Shown here in pieces: positions 18,094 through 27,439 of a stretch of 33,201 bases of DNA. A program made the translations under genes and the position numbers. The notes under the pieces are model-generated. The model saw only the letters and a list, made by a program, of their open reading frames with translations. It was not told the DNA's origin and did not search any database. The stretch covers positions 1-33,201 of the forward strand of contig CAZASO010000006.1 of NCBI GenBank assembly GCA_964487825.1. Reading direction: 5' to 3'. Source of the stretch: an uncultured Gammaproteobacteria bacterium (GTDB lineage Bacteria; Cyanobacteriota; Vampirovibrionia; LMEP-6097). Every line of letters begins with the position of its first letter. Position 1 is the stretch's first letter.

Positions 18094-19534
18094 CGCTATT
18101 CTCCAACTTTAAAGATATTAACTGGTTTGCTTCTGCTGCAAATTCTCCGGGTAATTCAGCAAAGACTTCTTTGCAAAAACCCCCAATGATAGCAGACAAG
18201 GCATCTTCAAGAGAGATGCCTCTTTGTTGAAGATAGAATAATTGTTCTTCTGAGATCTTAGAGGTAGAAGCCTCGTGCTCTACAGTGGCGCTATTGTTAT
18301 TGATCTCTATGTGAGGGCTGGTGTTGGCATGAGAGTTGGAGCCAATTAACATAGAGTCACACTGAGTATAATTTCTAGCATTCTCAGCACTAGGACTGAT
18401 TTTGACTAGACCTCTATAAGTATTTTGGGATTTGCCAGCAGAGATGCCTTTGCTGATGATAGTTGATTTAGTGTTTTTGCCTATATGAATCATCTTGCTA
18501 CCAGTATCTGCTTGCTGGACATGGTTGGTCAGAGCTACAGAATAGAATTCGCCTACACTGTTGTCTCCAAGCAGGATACAGCTAGGATATTTCCAAGTGA
18601 TAGCAGAACCAGTTTCTACTTGAGTCCAAGAGACCTTGGAATTAATTCCTGCACATTTGGCTCTTTTGGTAACAAAATTATAAATCCCACCTTTGCCATT
18701 TTCATCGCCAGCATACCAATTCTGAACTGTAGAATATTTGATCTCTGCGTTATCCAAAGCTACTAACTCTACGACAGCAGCATGTAATTGATTGCTGTCA
18801 AAAGCAGGCGCCGTGCAGCCTTCAAGGTAGGATACATAACTGTCATGGTCACAGATGATGAGGGTTCTTTCAAATTGTCCTGAGCCTTCGGTGTTGATTC
18901 TGAAGTTGGTAGAGAGTTCCAGGGGACATTTGGTTTTGGGTGGAATATAAACAAAAGTTCCATCACTAAAAACAGCTCCATTGAGAGCTGCATAAAAATT
19001 ATCAGAGCTAGGTACTACGGAAGCTAAGTATCGTTGTACTAGATCTGGATATTCTTGCAGAGCTTCAGAGATGGAGCAAAAAATTATACCTATCTCAGCG
19101 AGAGCTTTCTTGTGAGTGTTAGCGATAGAGACACTATCGAAAATAGCATCTACGGCAATACCTTCTAGGCGTTTTTGTTCTTGAAGAGGGATGCCTAATT
19201 TCTCGTAGGTTCTTAGAATTTCTGGATCTACTTCATCTAGACTGTTTTTGCTGATTTTAGTTTTGGGAGCAGAGTAGTAACTAATGTTTTGAAAATCTAT
19301 TGGCGGATATTGGACTTGAGCCCATGTGGGTTCTTTCATGCGAAGGAATTGTTCGTAAGATTTGAGCCTAAATTCTAAGACAAAACTAGGCTCTTTTTTG
19401 ATTTGAGAAATGCGCCTGATTACACTTTCAGAGAGACCCTTCTCGAAGATGTCAGATTCAAGATCGGTGGTGAAGCCATATTTGTAATCTTGGCTATTAA
19501 GTTTTTCAAGATTAAGTTCCATTAGCTGTGACAC
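18086..19534 (-). CDS. sufB: Fe-S cluster assembly scaffold protein SufB
   Basis: The 482-aa product has typical SufB stretches: [21 protein letters not shown] and [21 protein letters not shown]. Confidence 0.95.
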   Translation of the reverse strand: MSQLMELNLEKLNSQDYKYGFTTDLESDIFEKGLSESVIRRISQIKKEPSFVLEFRLKSYEQFLRMKEPTWAQVQYPPIDFQNISYYSAPKTKISKNSLDEVDPEILRTYEKLGIPLQEQKRLEGIAVDAIFDSVSIANTHKKALAEIGIIFCSISEALQEYPDLVQRYLASVVPSSDNFYAALNGAVFSDGTFVYIPPKTKCPLELSTNFRINTEGSGQFERTLIICDHDSYVSYLEGCTAPAFDSNQLHAAVVELVALDNAEIKYSTVQNWYAGDENGKGGIYNFVTKRAKCAGINSKVSWTQVETGSAITWKYPSCILLGDNSVGEFYSVALTNHVQQADTGSKMIHIGKNTKSTIISKGISAGKSQNTYRGLVKISPSAENARNYTQCDSMLIGSNSHANTSPHIEINNNSATVEHEASTSKISEEQLFYLQQRGISLEDALSAIIGGFCKEVFAELPGEFAAEANQLISLKLENSVG

Positions 19535-20004
19535 AAATCTCTTCCCTTTAGTTCGCTATGCACTGTTTGCTCGGAGCCAAGAAGTTCTTGTAGTCTGATA
19601 GATTTGAAGTAATTACTCACCATGCTAGAGATAGTGGACCAGACTGGTCTAATAGAACACTCTTTGCTATGAGCACAGACTTCTACTGAACCACTATGAT
19701 TGTTACAAAAATCATCAGCGAAGGCTTCGTCAGAGAGAGCTTGCATGATTTCTAATAAATCAATTTGACTAGCCGTTTTACTAAGACGATAACCACCCTT
19801 CTTACCTCTGACACTTTCTACAATGCAGCCTTTCTTTAATTTAAGTAAGATTTGAGCAGCATAGTCGCTGCTGATTTGTTCAGCTTCTGAAATTTCAGAG
19901 AGAGTTACTAGGTCTCTTTCGCCTTTAGATTTTTTGCTTTCTAAAATCTTCGCTAATTGCAAAATAACTCTCAGTCCATATTCTTCGTTTGCGGTTATTT
20001 TCAT
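19522..20004 (-). CDS. Rrf2-family transcriptional regulator with three-Cys cluster motif (IscR/SufR-like role inferred)
   Basis: The N-terminal winged helix reads [19 protein letters not shown] Cys motif C-x9-C-x5-C is present ([18 protein letters not shown]). It is the first gene of the suf block. Confidence 0.85.
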   Translation of the reverse strand: MKITANEEYGLRVILQLAKILESKKSKGERDLVTLSEISEAEQISSDYAAQILLKLKKGCIVESVRGKKGGYRLSKTASQIDLLEIMQALSDEAFADDFCNNHSGSVEVCAHSKECSIRPVWSTISSMVSNYFKSIRLQELLGSEQTVHSELKGRDLCHS

Positions 20005-20012
20005 CTAAAAAT

Positions 20013-20035
20013 GCTATATTTGAGCCTGATATAGC
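20013..20035. promoter_or_regulatory. perfect 7-bp inverted repeat GCTATAT-N9-ATATAGC, candidate Rrf2 operator
   Basis: It lies 9-31 nt upstream of the Rrf2 start codon (20004), in the 55-bp divergent intergenic region shared with the UbiA-family gene. Confidence 0.3.
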
Positions 20036-20059
20036 CCTTATTAGTATTTTATAATAATC

Positions 20060-20953
20060 TTGACTAAAATTTCAAGTTTAACTCAGAAAATTAAGCTTTC
20101 TTGCTCAATGATCAAAATTGAACATACGCTTTTTTCTTTGCCTTTTGCTTTAAGTTCCGCCTTATTGGCTTTGGATTACCTCTCTAAGAGAGGAGAGTTC
20201 CCTTCTTTGCAGCATTTATCTCTCAGTCTAGTGTGGATTTCACTAGCTCTTTTTGGAGCAAGGTCTATGGGCATGGCTTTGAACCGTATCATAGACAAAG
20301 ACATAGACGCCTTAAATCCTCGCACCAAAACTAGAGAGCTTCCTTCTGCCAAGCTTGCTCTGAAAGAAGCTTATCTTTTGATTTTTTTTGCTTTAATCCT
20401 TTATATTTATGCGACTTTGCACTTGCCTAGGCTCTGTCAAATCCTCTCACCAATTCCTCTTATCTGGGTATCTATTTATCCATATCTCAAAAGATTTACA
20501 TACTTAAGTCATTTATTTTTGGGGACTACTTTGGGGGGAGCGACTTTAGGAGCTTGGATAGCTATAACTGGCAGTATTGATAATATGGCGCCACTTTATT
20601 TGGCTCTTGGAGTTATGTTTTGGGTTACAGGTTTTGATATTGTGTATGCTACTCAAGATCAAGACTTTGATCGCAGTCAGGGACTGCATTCTATTCCTCA
20701 GAGATTTGGTTTTGCTAAAGCCATATGGCTTGCTAGGTTTATGCACCTATTAACGGTTATTTGTTTGTATTTAGCTGGAGAAGTTTTGACTCTAGGTTTG
20801 GCTTATAAATTAGCTATACTTTCTGTGATCTTAGCTCTACTCTATGAACAAAAACTTGTTTCTCAGGGTCGTATAGAGCAAGCTTTTTTTGTGGTTAATA
20901 GCTGGGTCTCTGTTTTGATTTTGTTTTTTGTTGTATTGGAAGTGGCTTGGTGA
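20060..20953 (+). CDS. UbiA-family aromatic polyprenyltransferase (4-hydroxybenzoate/MqnP-like)
   Basis: Both Asp-rich motifs are present: NRIIDKDIDALNPRTKTRELPS and YATQDQDFDRSQGLHSIP. The protein is polytopic. The start is either the TTG at 20060 or the ATG at 20108 (MIKIEHTLFSLPFAL). Confidence 0.8.
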   Translation: MTKISSLTQKIKLSCSMIKIEHTLFSLPFALSSALLALDYLSKRGEFPSLQHLSLSLVWISLALFGARSMGMALNRIIDKDIDALNPRTKTRELPSAKLALKEAYLLIFFALILYIYATLHLPRLCQILSPIPLIWVSIYPYLKRFTYLSHLFLGTTLGGATLGAWIAITGSIDNMAPLYLALGVMFWVTGFDIVYATQDQDFDRSQGLHSIPQRFGFAKAIWLARFMHLLTVICLYLAGEVLTLGLAYKLAILSVILALLYEQKLVSQGRIEQAFFVVNSWVSVLILFFVVLEVAW

Positions 20954-22584
20954 TTGTTTTTCGTTACATTTCTAAATATAGGACTACTTATGCTTGGGGT
21001 TTTCTGATTTTACTTCTAGTAAATTTATTATCAGCCTATATACCCCAACTTATTCGCTCAGCGATCAATCTTCTAGAAAATACTTCTGGGCGGATTCTTG
21101 CTTTGGAGAGTCAGTTGATTAATCAAATAGTTGTTCAAATTATAGTTTTAGCTATTTTGATGGCGTTATTGAGGACTGCTTCTCGATGGCTGATTTTTGG
21201 CTTGGGGAGACAGATTGAGTATGATCTCAAGTCTGATATCTTTCAGCATTTGCTTAGGTTTGAGCCTAAATTCTTTAATAAGTATCAAGCTGGTGACTTG
21301 ATCTCTATTATGACTAATGATGTGCAGTCTATTAGAGGTATGGCTGGTTTTGCTGTGCTTAACTTGCTTAACACTATTATTGCTTTTGCAATCATAGTTC
21401 CTTTGATGTTTAAGCTTAATGCTCTTCTTACAAGTTGTTTTTTATTATTGATACCTTTAGTTTTATTGGTAGTAGCTGCAGTTAGTAAACAAATCAAAGA
21501 CTATCAAGAATTAGTTCAAGAAAAATTAGCAGAGATTAGTAGATTTATAGAACAAAATCTTTCTGCTATTCATATCATCAAAGCCTATGCCCAAGAGGCT
21601 TCTGAGCGGAAGCGTTTTCAGAAACAAAACCAATCCTTATTAGCTGATTACCTCAAACTAGTTCGAGCAAGAGCGTTTATGGGGCCTTGCATGAGGGTGA
21701 TAGCCAGTGCTGGCTTTATACTCCTTTTGTATTTTGGTTCCCAAGCGGTATATAAAGGCGAGTTTAATATTGGTGACTTTGCGGCTTATAGTTTATACAT
21801 AGAGAGATTGCTCTGGCCTATTGGGACTTTGGGTTGGTTGGTTACTATCATTTACAGAGCCAAAGTCAGTGGAGAGCGCATTCAAGGTCTTCTACAAATT
21901 CAGCCAGAGATTTGTGATGCTCCTGATGCTGTCTCTATCCGGGCTTTTGAGCGTTCCATTCAGCTACCTTATCTTTCTTTGAATCCAGTTCCAGAGATAT
22001 TGGCTGGCTCTAGTACTGCCATAGTTGGTTCTATAGGTTCTGGTAAATCCAGATTAGTTCGCAAACTTATGAGGCTAGAAGATAGTCAAGCAGGAGAGAT
22101 CTTTGTAGATGGTCTTGATATCACTAAGATTAGTCTTGAATCCTTGAGATCAGTGTTTTCTATAGTTCCTCAAGAAAGTTTTTTATTCTCTGCTACTGTT
22201 AGAGAAAACATCCTCTATGCCACTAATGATGATAGTTTGGAGCATGCAAGAGCCCTAGCAGAGTTAGTTGCCCTAGATGAAGAGATCTCCAATCTACCCC
22301 AAGCTTATGACACTCTTATTGGTGAGCGAGGCATAACTCTCTCTGGTGGTCAAAGACAGCGCATAGCTATTGCAAGAGCCTTGGCTCGCAAACCCCAAGT
22401 TCTCATCTTGGATGATGCTCTTAGTAGTGTTGATGCTCAGACGGCTGAGTTTATTATGGCTAAGATCAAAAAACTTAGACAAGGGCTCACTACTATATGG
22501 ATTACTCACAAAGCCAGTCAGGCAGAGCAAATGGACAGAGTTTTATTTATGGATTCTTACACTAAACATGCGACACGAAGATAA
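20947..22584 (+). CDS. ABC exporter permease/ATPase fusion, subunit 1 (degenerate-site half: Walker B followed by Asp)
   Basis: It has six TM helices plus an NBD. Walker A is GSIGSGKS, the signature is the canonical LSGGQRQRIAIARAL, and Walker B is VLILDD (Asp replaces the catalytic Glu). The GTG start overlaps the upstream stop (GTGA). Confidence 0.85.
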   Translation: MVIVFRYISKYRTTYAWGFLILLLVNLLSAYIPQLIRSAINLLENTSGRILALESQLINQIVVQIIVLAILMALLRTASRWLIFGLGRQIEYDLKSDIFQHLLRFEPKFFNKYQAGDLISIMTNDVQSIRGMAGFAVLNLLNTIIAFAIIVPLMFKLNALLTSCFLLLIPLVLLVVAAVSKQIKDYQELVQEKLAEISRFIEQNLSAIHIIKAYAQEASERKRFQKQNQSLLADYLKLVRARAFMGPCMRVIASAGFILLLYFGSQAVYKGEFNIGDFAAYSLYIERLLWPIGTLGWLVTIIYRAKVSGERIQGLLQIQPEICDAPDAVSIRAFERSIQLPYLSLNPVPEILAGSSTAIVGSIGSGKSRLVRKLMRLEDSQAGEIFVDGLDITKISLESLRSVFSIVPQESFLFSATVRENILYATNDDSLEHARALAELVALDEEISNLPQAYDTLIGERGITLSGGQRQRIAIARALARKPQVLILDDALSSVDAQTAEFIMAKIKKLRQGLTTIWITHKASQAEQMDRVLFMDSYTKHATRR

Positions 22585-24277
22585 ATCACAAACCAATTTT
22601 GCTTTACTTGCCTTGTTAGTGCCCTTCATTAAGCCCTACTATAAACGGGCTTTGTTGATTTTGATGTTTTTGCCTTTAGGCTCTCTTGCTTATTCGATAC
22701 AACCTACCATTATTCAAAAAGCCATAGATGGACCCATTAGTTCTTTTGCTCATTATCACAGCCTTTCAGCCTTTCTCTCTGCTTTGTATCCTTATATTTT
22801 TGCTTTGCTTGCTGCGATAGCTTTGAATTTTTATGTTCAGATTAATATGCTTTATTCCATCAACGACCTTGGTCAGCATATGGTTGCAGATATTAGGACC
22901 AAACTTTTTCAGCATCTAGAGTCTTTACCTATGACTTTTTTTGACAGGACTCCTGTTGGCAGAAATGTAACCCGCATCACTAATGATATGGAGCAATTAG
23001 CAGATAGTTTCGCTGGTGGGTTGATACTTATCGTTGTAGACATCGTGAATGCTATTGGAGTTATAGCTTTTATGTCTTACTTGAATTTGCGATTAAGTTT
23101 AGCTGTCTTGTTCTTACTCTTACCTATGTATTTTATCGCGAAGCATTTTCAAGAACAATTCCGCAAAGCCAATCTACTAGCGAGGTCTGAGCTATCACGC
23201 CTGAATTCTTTTTTGCAGCAAGCAGTTATAGGTGTGGATGTAGTGCAGGCTTTGAATGCTGGCAAGCAAAGCATGTCTAAGTTTGCAGCCATCAATAAGC
23301 AATATTACAAAGCCAATGATGACAGTATCAAAGCAGATGCTTCATTCTCTGCGACTATCGAATTAGTCGCGATTGCTGCTGTAGCTCTTTTGATTTTTCT
23401 TAGTAAAGAAATACTTATGAGCGGCACTCTGATTAGTGTTGGGGTGATCATAGCCTTCCTCCAATACGCCCAGACTCTCTTTGATCCTATCCGTAATCTT
23501 TGTGACAGGTTTAGTATCATACAGGCAGGCTTTACCGCAGCAGAGCGAGTCTCTCAACTTTTGAGTGAAGAAGAGAGTATTAGGGAGCCAGAATCACCTC
23601 AATCCTTAACTGAGCTGGCTAGGATACATGGCAGAGACTTCCCTGCTATAGAATTTCGCAATATTTATTTTAGATATAGCGAAGATACAGATTGGATCTT
23701 AGAGAACTTCAATCTCACGATCAAAGCCTCTGAGAGAGTGGCTTTGGTGGGGAGGACTGGCTCAGGCAAGAGCAGTATCGTCAAACTGCTCACTAGATTG
23801 TATGAGCCTCAGAGGGGGGAGATTCTGATTAATGGGGTTAATATTTGCAATTTTCCTCAAGAAGAACTCAGGGCTTTTGTTGCAGTGATACATCAGGATT
23901 CTTATATTTTTGCTGGAGATCTCAAATCCAATATTCTTCTGGATAGAGATCACTGTGACCTAGACTTAGCCAAACCATATATCCAAATCTTGTCAGAGAG
24001 AGCTATTGAGCTAGATACTTCTTTGGAGCAACGAGCTACTAATATTTCTAGTGGTGAAGAACAACTTATTAATTTCGCTAGAGCCATAGTGTCTAGGCCC
24101 AAAATCTTAGTTCTAGATGAGGCCACTGCCAAAATAGATCTTAAGACTGAGAAGATTTTACTAGAGGCCTTATCTGAGTACAGGCAAATAGAACAATGTT
24201 CTGTATTAGCTGTAGCTCATAGAACAGAGACTCTCTCTGATTTTGATAAAATCATCAATATTTCTGAGGATTCTTAA
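22568..24277 (+). CDS. ABC exporter permease/ATPase fusion, subunit 2 (consensus Walker B-Glu, degenerate signature)
   Basis: The ATG at 22568 (MRHEDKSQTNF...) overlaps the upstream gene by 17 nt. Walker A is GRTGSGKSS, Walker B is ILVLDEAT, and the signature is degenerate (ISSGEEQ). The longer ORF from 22370 is an out-of-frame read-through of subunit 1. Confidence 0.85.
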   Translation: MRHEDKSQTNFALLALLVPFIKPYYKRALLILMFLPLGSLAYSIQPTIIQKAIDGPISSFAHYHSLSAFLSALYPYIFALLAAIALNFYVQINMLYSINDLGQHMVADIRTKLFQHLESLPMTFFDRTPVGRNVTRITNDMEQLADSFAGGLILIVVDIVNAIGVIAFMSYLNLRLSLAVLFLLLPMYFIAKHFQEQFRKANLLARSELSRLNSFLQQAVIGVDVVQALNAGKQSMSKFAAINKQYYKANDDSIKADASFSATIELVAIAAVALLIFLSKEILMSGTLISVGVIIAFLQYAQTLFDPIRNLCDRFSIIQAGFTAAERVSQLLSEEESIREPESPQSLTELARIHGRDFPAIEFRNIYFRYSEDTDWILENFNLTIKASERVALVGRTGSGKSSIVKLLTRLYEPQRGEILINGVNICNFPQEELRAFVAVIHQDSYIFAGDLKSNILLDRDHCDLDLAKPYIQILSERAIELDTSLEQRATNISSGEEQLINFARAIVSRPKILVLDEATAKIDLKTEKILLEALSEYRQIEQCSVLAVAHRTETLSDFDKIINISEDS

Positions 24278-24717
24278 GAACCGAAATATTTCTTGAGAAA
24301 AGTTTCATCTAAACTAAATTTGCCAGCTCCATGACTAAATAAGACGGAGAGCATCATGAAATAATAAAGAGCTATCTCAAAGCCACCATCTCTTGCTGCA
24401 AATACTTGAGTTCCGTGTACCAAAAAAATAGCAACTAACATCACTGCCATTAAAGGTAAAGCTATAAAACGAGTTCCCAGACCTAAAATCAGCAAAGCCA
24501 CTCCCAGAGCTTCACTTGTGGTTGCAAGAAAAGCCATAAGCTCTGCTGCTGGTAAATGTAAGCCGTCTCGGAACCATATGATGATGTTGTCGAAATGATT
24601 GATTTTTTTGATAGCTGGCTCAAAAAAACCATAAGCGAGAATTATTCTCAGCAAGAGAAGAGAAAGGTTCTTGGATCTTCCGAATAATTTAGTTAAACCT
24701 TGTGATAATTTATCCAT
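24274..24717 (-). CDS. DoxX-family membrane protein
   Basis: The 147-aa product has four helices. Its LLLLRIILAYGFF...FLVHG...GGFEIALYYFMMLSVLFSHGAGKFSLD pattern is typical of DoxX. Confidence 0.75.
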   Translation of the reverse strand: MDKLSQGLTKLFGRSKNLSLLLLRIILAYGFFEPAIKKINHFDNIIIWFRDGLHLPAAELMAFLATTSEALGVALLILGLGTRFIALPLMAVMLVAIFLVHGTQVFAARDGGFEIALYYFMMLSVLFSHGAGKFSLDETFLKKYFGS

Positions 24718-24792
24718 AAAGTCTTAATTCAATTATAGACAGAGAGTCACTTATTGTATATGATGGTCTAGGTTCTATCACCTCATTTAAAG

Positions 24793-26184
24793 ATGCTACA
24801 GAAATTTTTTAGTAACGAAGAAAATAGTTCAGCCAAATTTTTTCTATTTTCTGCGGTAGTTTGGCTGGTAATTGGCATGGGACTAGGCCTTCTAGGGGCC
24901 CTTGAGTTTTCGGCGCCAGATCTCACCAAAGGCATTCCCCAGCTATCTTTCACCCGTATTCGCCCAGCGCATGTAAATATAGTCGCTTTTGGCTGGCTTT
25001 CTATGGCGAATATAGGCTCAGCTTTATATATGATTCCAGCTCTTTGTAAGACCAAACTCTACTCAGAGAAGCTTGCTAATTTTGTTTGTTGGGTTTGGAA
25101 TGCTGTTGTGGCTTTTGGCGCGATTTCCCTTCTGAACGGTTACACGGAAGGCCGCGAATATGCTGAGCTTAGAGAACCTTTTGATGTTCTGGTTATAGTT
25201 GGTCTGATTCTACTTTCTTATAATCTTTTCCGTACAGTCCTAAACCGCCAAGTCAAGAAACTTTATGTTTCAGTTTGGTATATCATGGGCGCTTTTTTTT
25301 GGATGCCTTTTGTTTATATGGTAGGCAACCGTACCTTCGTTGCCATGGATGGTCTTAATGACGGGATTATGAACTGGTTCTATGGACACAACATACTCGG
25401 TATGTGGTTTACAGTTCTTGGTGTTGGTATCGCTTATTACATGCTACCTAAGATGAGCGGTAAACCAGTTTGGAGCCACTCTTTATCTATGCTAGGTTTT
25501 TGGACCATAGCTTTTTTCTATGCACCTACAGGTACTCACCATCTTTTGCAGGCCCCAGTCCCTGAGTGGCTTAAAGCCCTTGCAGTAATTTTTTCTGCGG
25601 CTTTGGTTATCCCAGTTATTTCTGTTCTCACTAATTTCTATATGACTATGAGAGGTAGTTGGTGGATGCTCAGTACTAATATGCCTCTTAGGTTTGTTAT
25701 GACAGGAGCTTTGTTCTATCTCTTTACTTGTATCCAAGGACCCTTTCAAGCTACTCGTGGTGTCAACTGGTATATCCATTTCACCCAGTGGGTTGTAGGT
25801 CATGCTCATGCTGCTTTGCTTGGTACTTTTACTTTCTTTGTTATAGGCTCTGTTTATTATGCTGTTCAGCGTTTTACTGGCAGACGCATTTATAGTGTTC
25901 GTTTGGTCAAATGGCATTATTGGTTATTGTTTATAGGTTTCTCTATATTTTATTTGGTTTTAACTGTAGCTGGTTTACAGCAGAGTGCAGGTTGGGCTTT
26001 GGGTTATCCAGTAGCACAATGGTCTCTAGTACTGGCTCCCATGTGGTTCTGTAGGGCTATTGGTGGAGCGATGATGTTCTTGTCTAGTTGTCTTTTTGCA
26101 TACAACATCTACATGACTATGAATAATCCTTCACTCTCAGATGAAACCGAATTGCAGATAGCAGTCCCAGTGGAGAAAAATTAA
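24793..26184 (+). CDS. ccoN: cbb3-type (C-family) haem-copper oxidase catalytic subunit I
   Basis: The low-spin haem His is in IRPAHVNIVAFGW and a CuB His is in WFYGHNILGMWF. The cross-link Tyr plus the CuB His pair are in FFYAPTGTHH, with Tyr 6 residues before the first His as in CcoN. The haem b3/b His pair is in WVVGHAHAALLG. Confidence 0.9.
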   Translation: MLQKFFSNEENSSAKFFLFSAVVWLVIGMGLGLLGALEFSAPDLTKGIPQLSFTRIRPAHVNIVAFGWLSMANIGSALYMIPALCKTKLYSEKLANFVCWVWNAVVAFGAISLLNGYTEGREYAELREPFDVLVIVGLILLSYNLFRTVLNRQVKKLYVSVWYIMGAFFWMPFVYMVGNRTFVAMDGLNDGIMNWFYGHNILGMWFTVLGVGIAYYMLPKMSGKPVWSHSLSMLGFWTIAFFYAPTGTHHLLQAPVPEWLKALAVIFSAALVIPVISVLTNFYMTMRGSWWMLSTNMPLRFVMTGALFYLFTCIQGPFQATRGVNWYIHFTQWVVGHAHAALLGTFTFFVIGSVYYAVQRFTGRRIYSVRLVKWHYWLLFIGFSIFYLVLTVAGLQQSAGWALGYPVAQWSLVLAPMWFCRAIGGAMMFLSSCLFAYNIYMTMNNPSLSDETELQIAVPVEKN

Positions 26185-26186
26185 TA

Positions 26187-27254
26187 ATGGCAGACGATAA
26201 AAACAAAATTGGTGCAAAAGGCTATATTCTTCCCGCTTTAGTTGTAGCGATTTCTTTCTTTACTATTTACACAGTCACTGTAATTATTCCAGATATGGCT
26301 GTCTTTAAGGCAGAGCCTAGTGCCTATGCTACAGAGTATGTGCAGACTAATGCTGATGGGGAGCTACTCTTAGATGCTGCTGGCAAGACCCAACTCAATG
26401 ACGCTGGTAAAGGGCGTGCCATCTATGTTAGAGAAGGTTGTTTTTATTGTCATTCTCAGTTTGTTAGACCTCAAGACAGAGATTTTGGCTCAAAAGTCCA
26501 AGCAGGTGACTATGCTAATGAAACCCCCAATGTCTTAGGTACATCTAGGACTGGTCCAGATCTTAGTAACGAAGGTGGCAAGATGCCAGATGCTTGGCAT
26601 TTAGGGCATCTCAAATCCCCGCGCAATTATACGCCGGGTTCCATCATGCCTTCTTTTAGCTATTTAGAGGATGAAGACCTTAGACTTCTTGTAGCCTATA
26701 TCCAAACCTTAGGCCGCAAGCGGATGGAAGATCCTGCGAATCGCTCTGTTTATGAGGCTTTCTATCCAGAAGCTGATACTGCTCTCTGGGAAGCCTCCAA
26801 AAAACACAAACCCAATGTAGATAGTGCAGCTGCAGCCAACTCTGGAGCAGGTATATTCAGGCAGAATTGTGCAGTTTGTCATGGACTCAATGGACTTGGT
26901 AATGGACCGAATGCTCTTGCCATGAACAAGAAACCAGCTAATTTCTCTAATCCTTTCTTCCTCAAATATACTAATGAGACTTGGTACTATAAAGTCGCAG
27001 AGGGAGTTCCGGGGACTCGCATGCCTCGCTGGAAGCTCAAACTAGAACCCCAACAAATGTGGTATCTAGTGGCTTACCTCAAAACCTTGCCTCGCCAAGA
27101 CGGACCTATTATTGAGCCCTATCAGTCTATAGATTTGGATGCATGGAACCAGCAGTCTGCTATAGATCCTCGCATCTTAGATAATTTCAAAAGATTAGAA
27201 GCTGCCAAAGCCGCTTCCCCAGCGGCATCTACGGAAGGAGCGTCAGGTCACTAA
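26187..27254 (+). CDS. ccoO: CcoO-like monohaem subunit II fused to an extra C-terminal class I cytochrome c domain
   Basis: It has an N-terminal TM anchor. CcoO motifs are GRAIYVREGCFYCHSQFVRPQ, SRTGPDLSNEG and SIMPSF. A second haem site, CAVCHGLNG, follows with the distal Met context GTRMPRW. Confidence 0.85.
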   Translation: MADDKNKIGAKGYILPALVVAISFFTIYTVTVIIPDMAVFKAEPSAYATEYVQTNADGELLLDAAGKTQLNDAGKGRAIYVREGCFYCHSQFVRPQDRDFGSKVQAGDYANETPNVLGTSRTGPDLSNEGGKMPDAWHLGHLKSPRNYTPGSIMPSFSYLEDEDLRLLVAYIQTLGRKRMEDPANRSVYEAFYPEADTALWEASKKHKPNVDSAAAANSGAGIFRQNCAVCHGLNGLGNGPNALAMNKKPANFSNPFFLKYTNETWYYKVAEGVPGTRMPRWKLKLEPQQMWYLVAYLKTLPRQDGPIIEPYQSIDLDAWNQQSAIDPRILDNFKRLEAAKAASPAASTEGASGH

Positions 27255-27436
27255 TGATAGATAGAGCTTACTTGCATCAGTGGATACTTAGCACTTTTCA
27301 CAAAGAAAGTCTTGCTGCTTTTGCTCTGACTTGCGTGTTCTTTTTTTTGACTTCTTTGCTTTTTGCCAAATGGGCTATGGATCACGGACAATTCACTAAT
27401 CTTGAAGAATCAAAACTGGAGATGATGGAGTTATAA
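27254..27436 (+). CDS. small single-TM protein (possible CcoQ-like accessory subunit)
   Basis: The 60-aa ORF is coupled by a TAATG overlap to the upstream gene. It has one hydrophobic helix (LAAFALTCVFFFLTSLLFA). No family was recognised. Confidence 0.5.
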   Translation: MIDRAYLHQWILSTFHKESLAAFALTCVFFFLTSLLFAKWAMDHGQFTNLEESKLEMMEL

Positions 27437-27439
27437 ACT

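Noticed and set aside
22370-22567. N-terminal 66-codon extension of the second ABC gene given in the ORF track (635 aa from 22370).
   Set aside because: It lies entirely inside the NBD coding region of the upstream ABC gene, in another frame. The ATG at 22568 gives a normal exporter N-terminus and a typical 17-nt operon overlap.
24718-24792. FNR/CRP-type box (TTGAT-N4-ATCAA or TGTGA-N6-TCACA) upstream of ccoN.
   Set aside because: Only weak half-site resemblance is present (TGTGATAATTTATCCA lies inside doxX; TTGTATATGATGG lies in the intergenic region). Neither is close enough to consensus to call.
24783-25055. 90-aa minus-strand ORF spanning the ccoN start region.
   Set aside because: It is antisense to the well-supported CcoN N-terminus, has an unusual composition (Arg/Pro/Ser-rich) and has no RBS. 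It is most likely a shadow ORF.
25492-25917. 141-aa minus-strand ORF inside ccoN.
   Set aside because: It is antisense to conserved oxidase helices (the HH and HAH ligand region). It is Ser/Thr/Asn-rich and low-complexity, which marks it as a shadow ORF.
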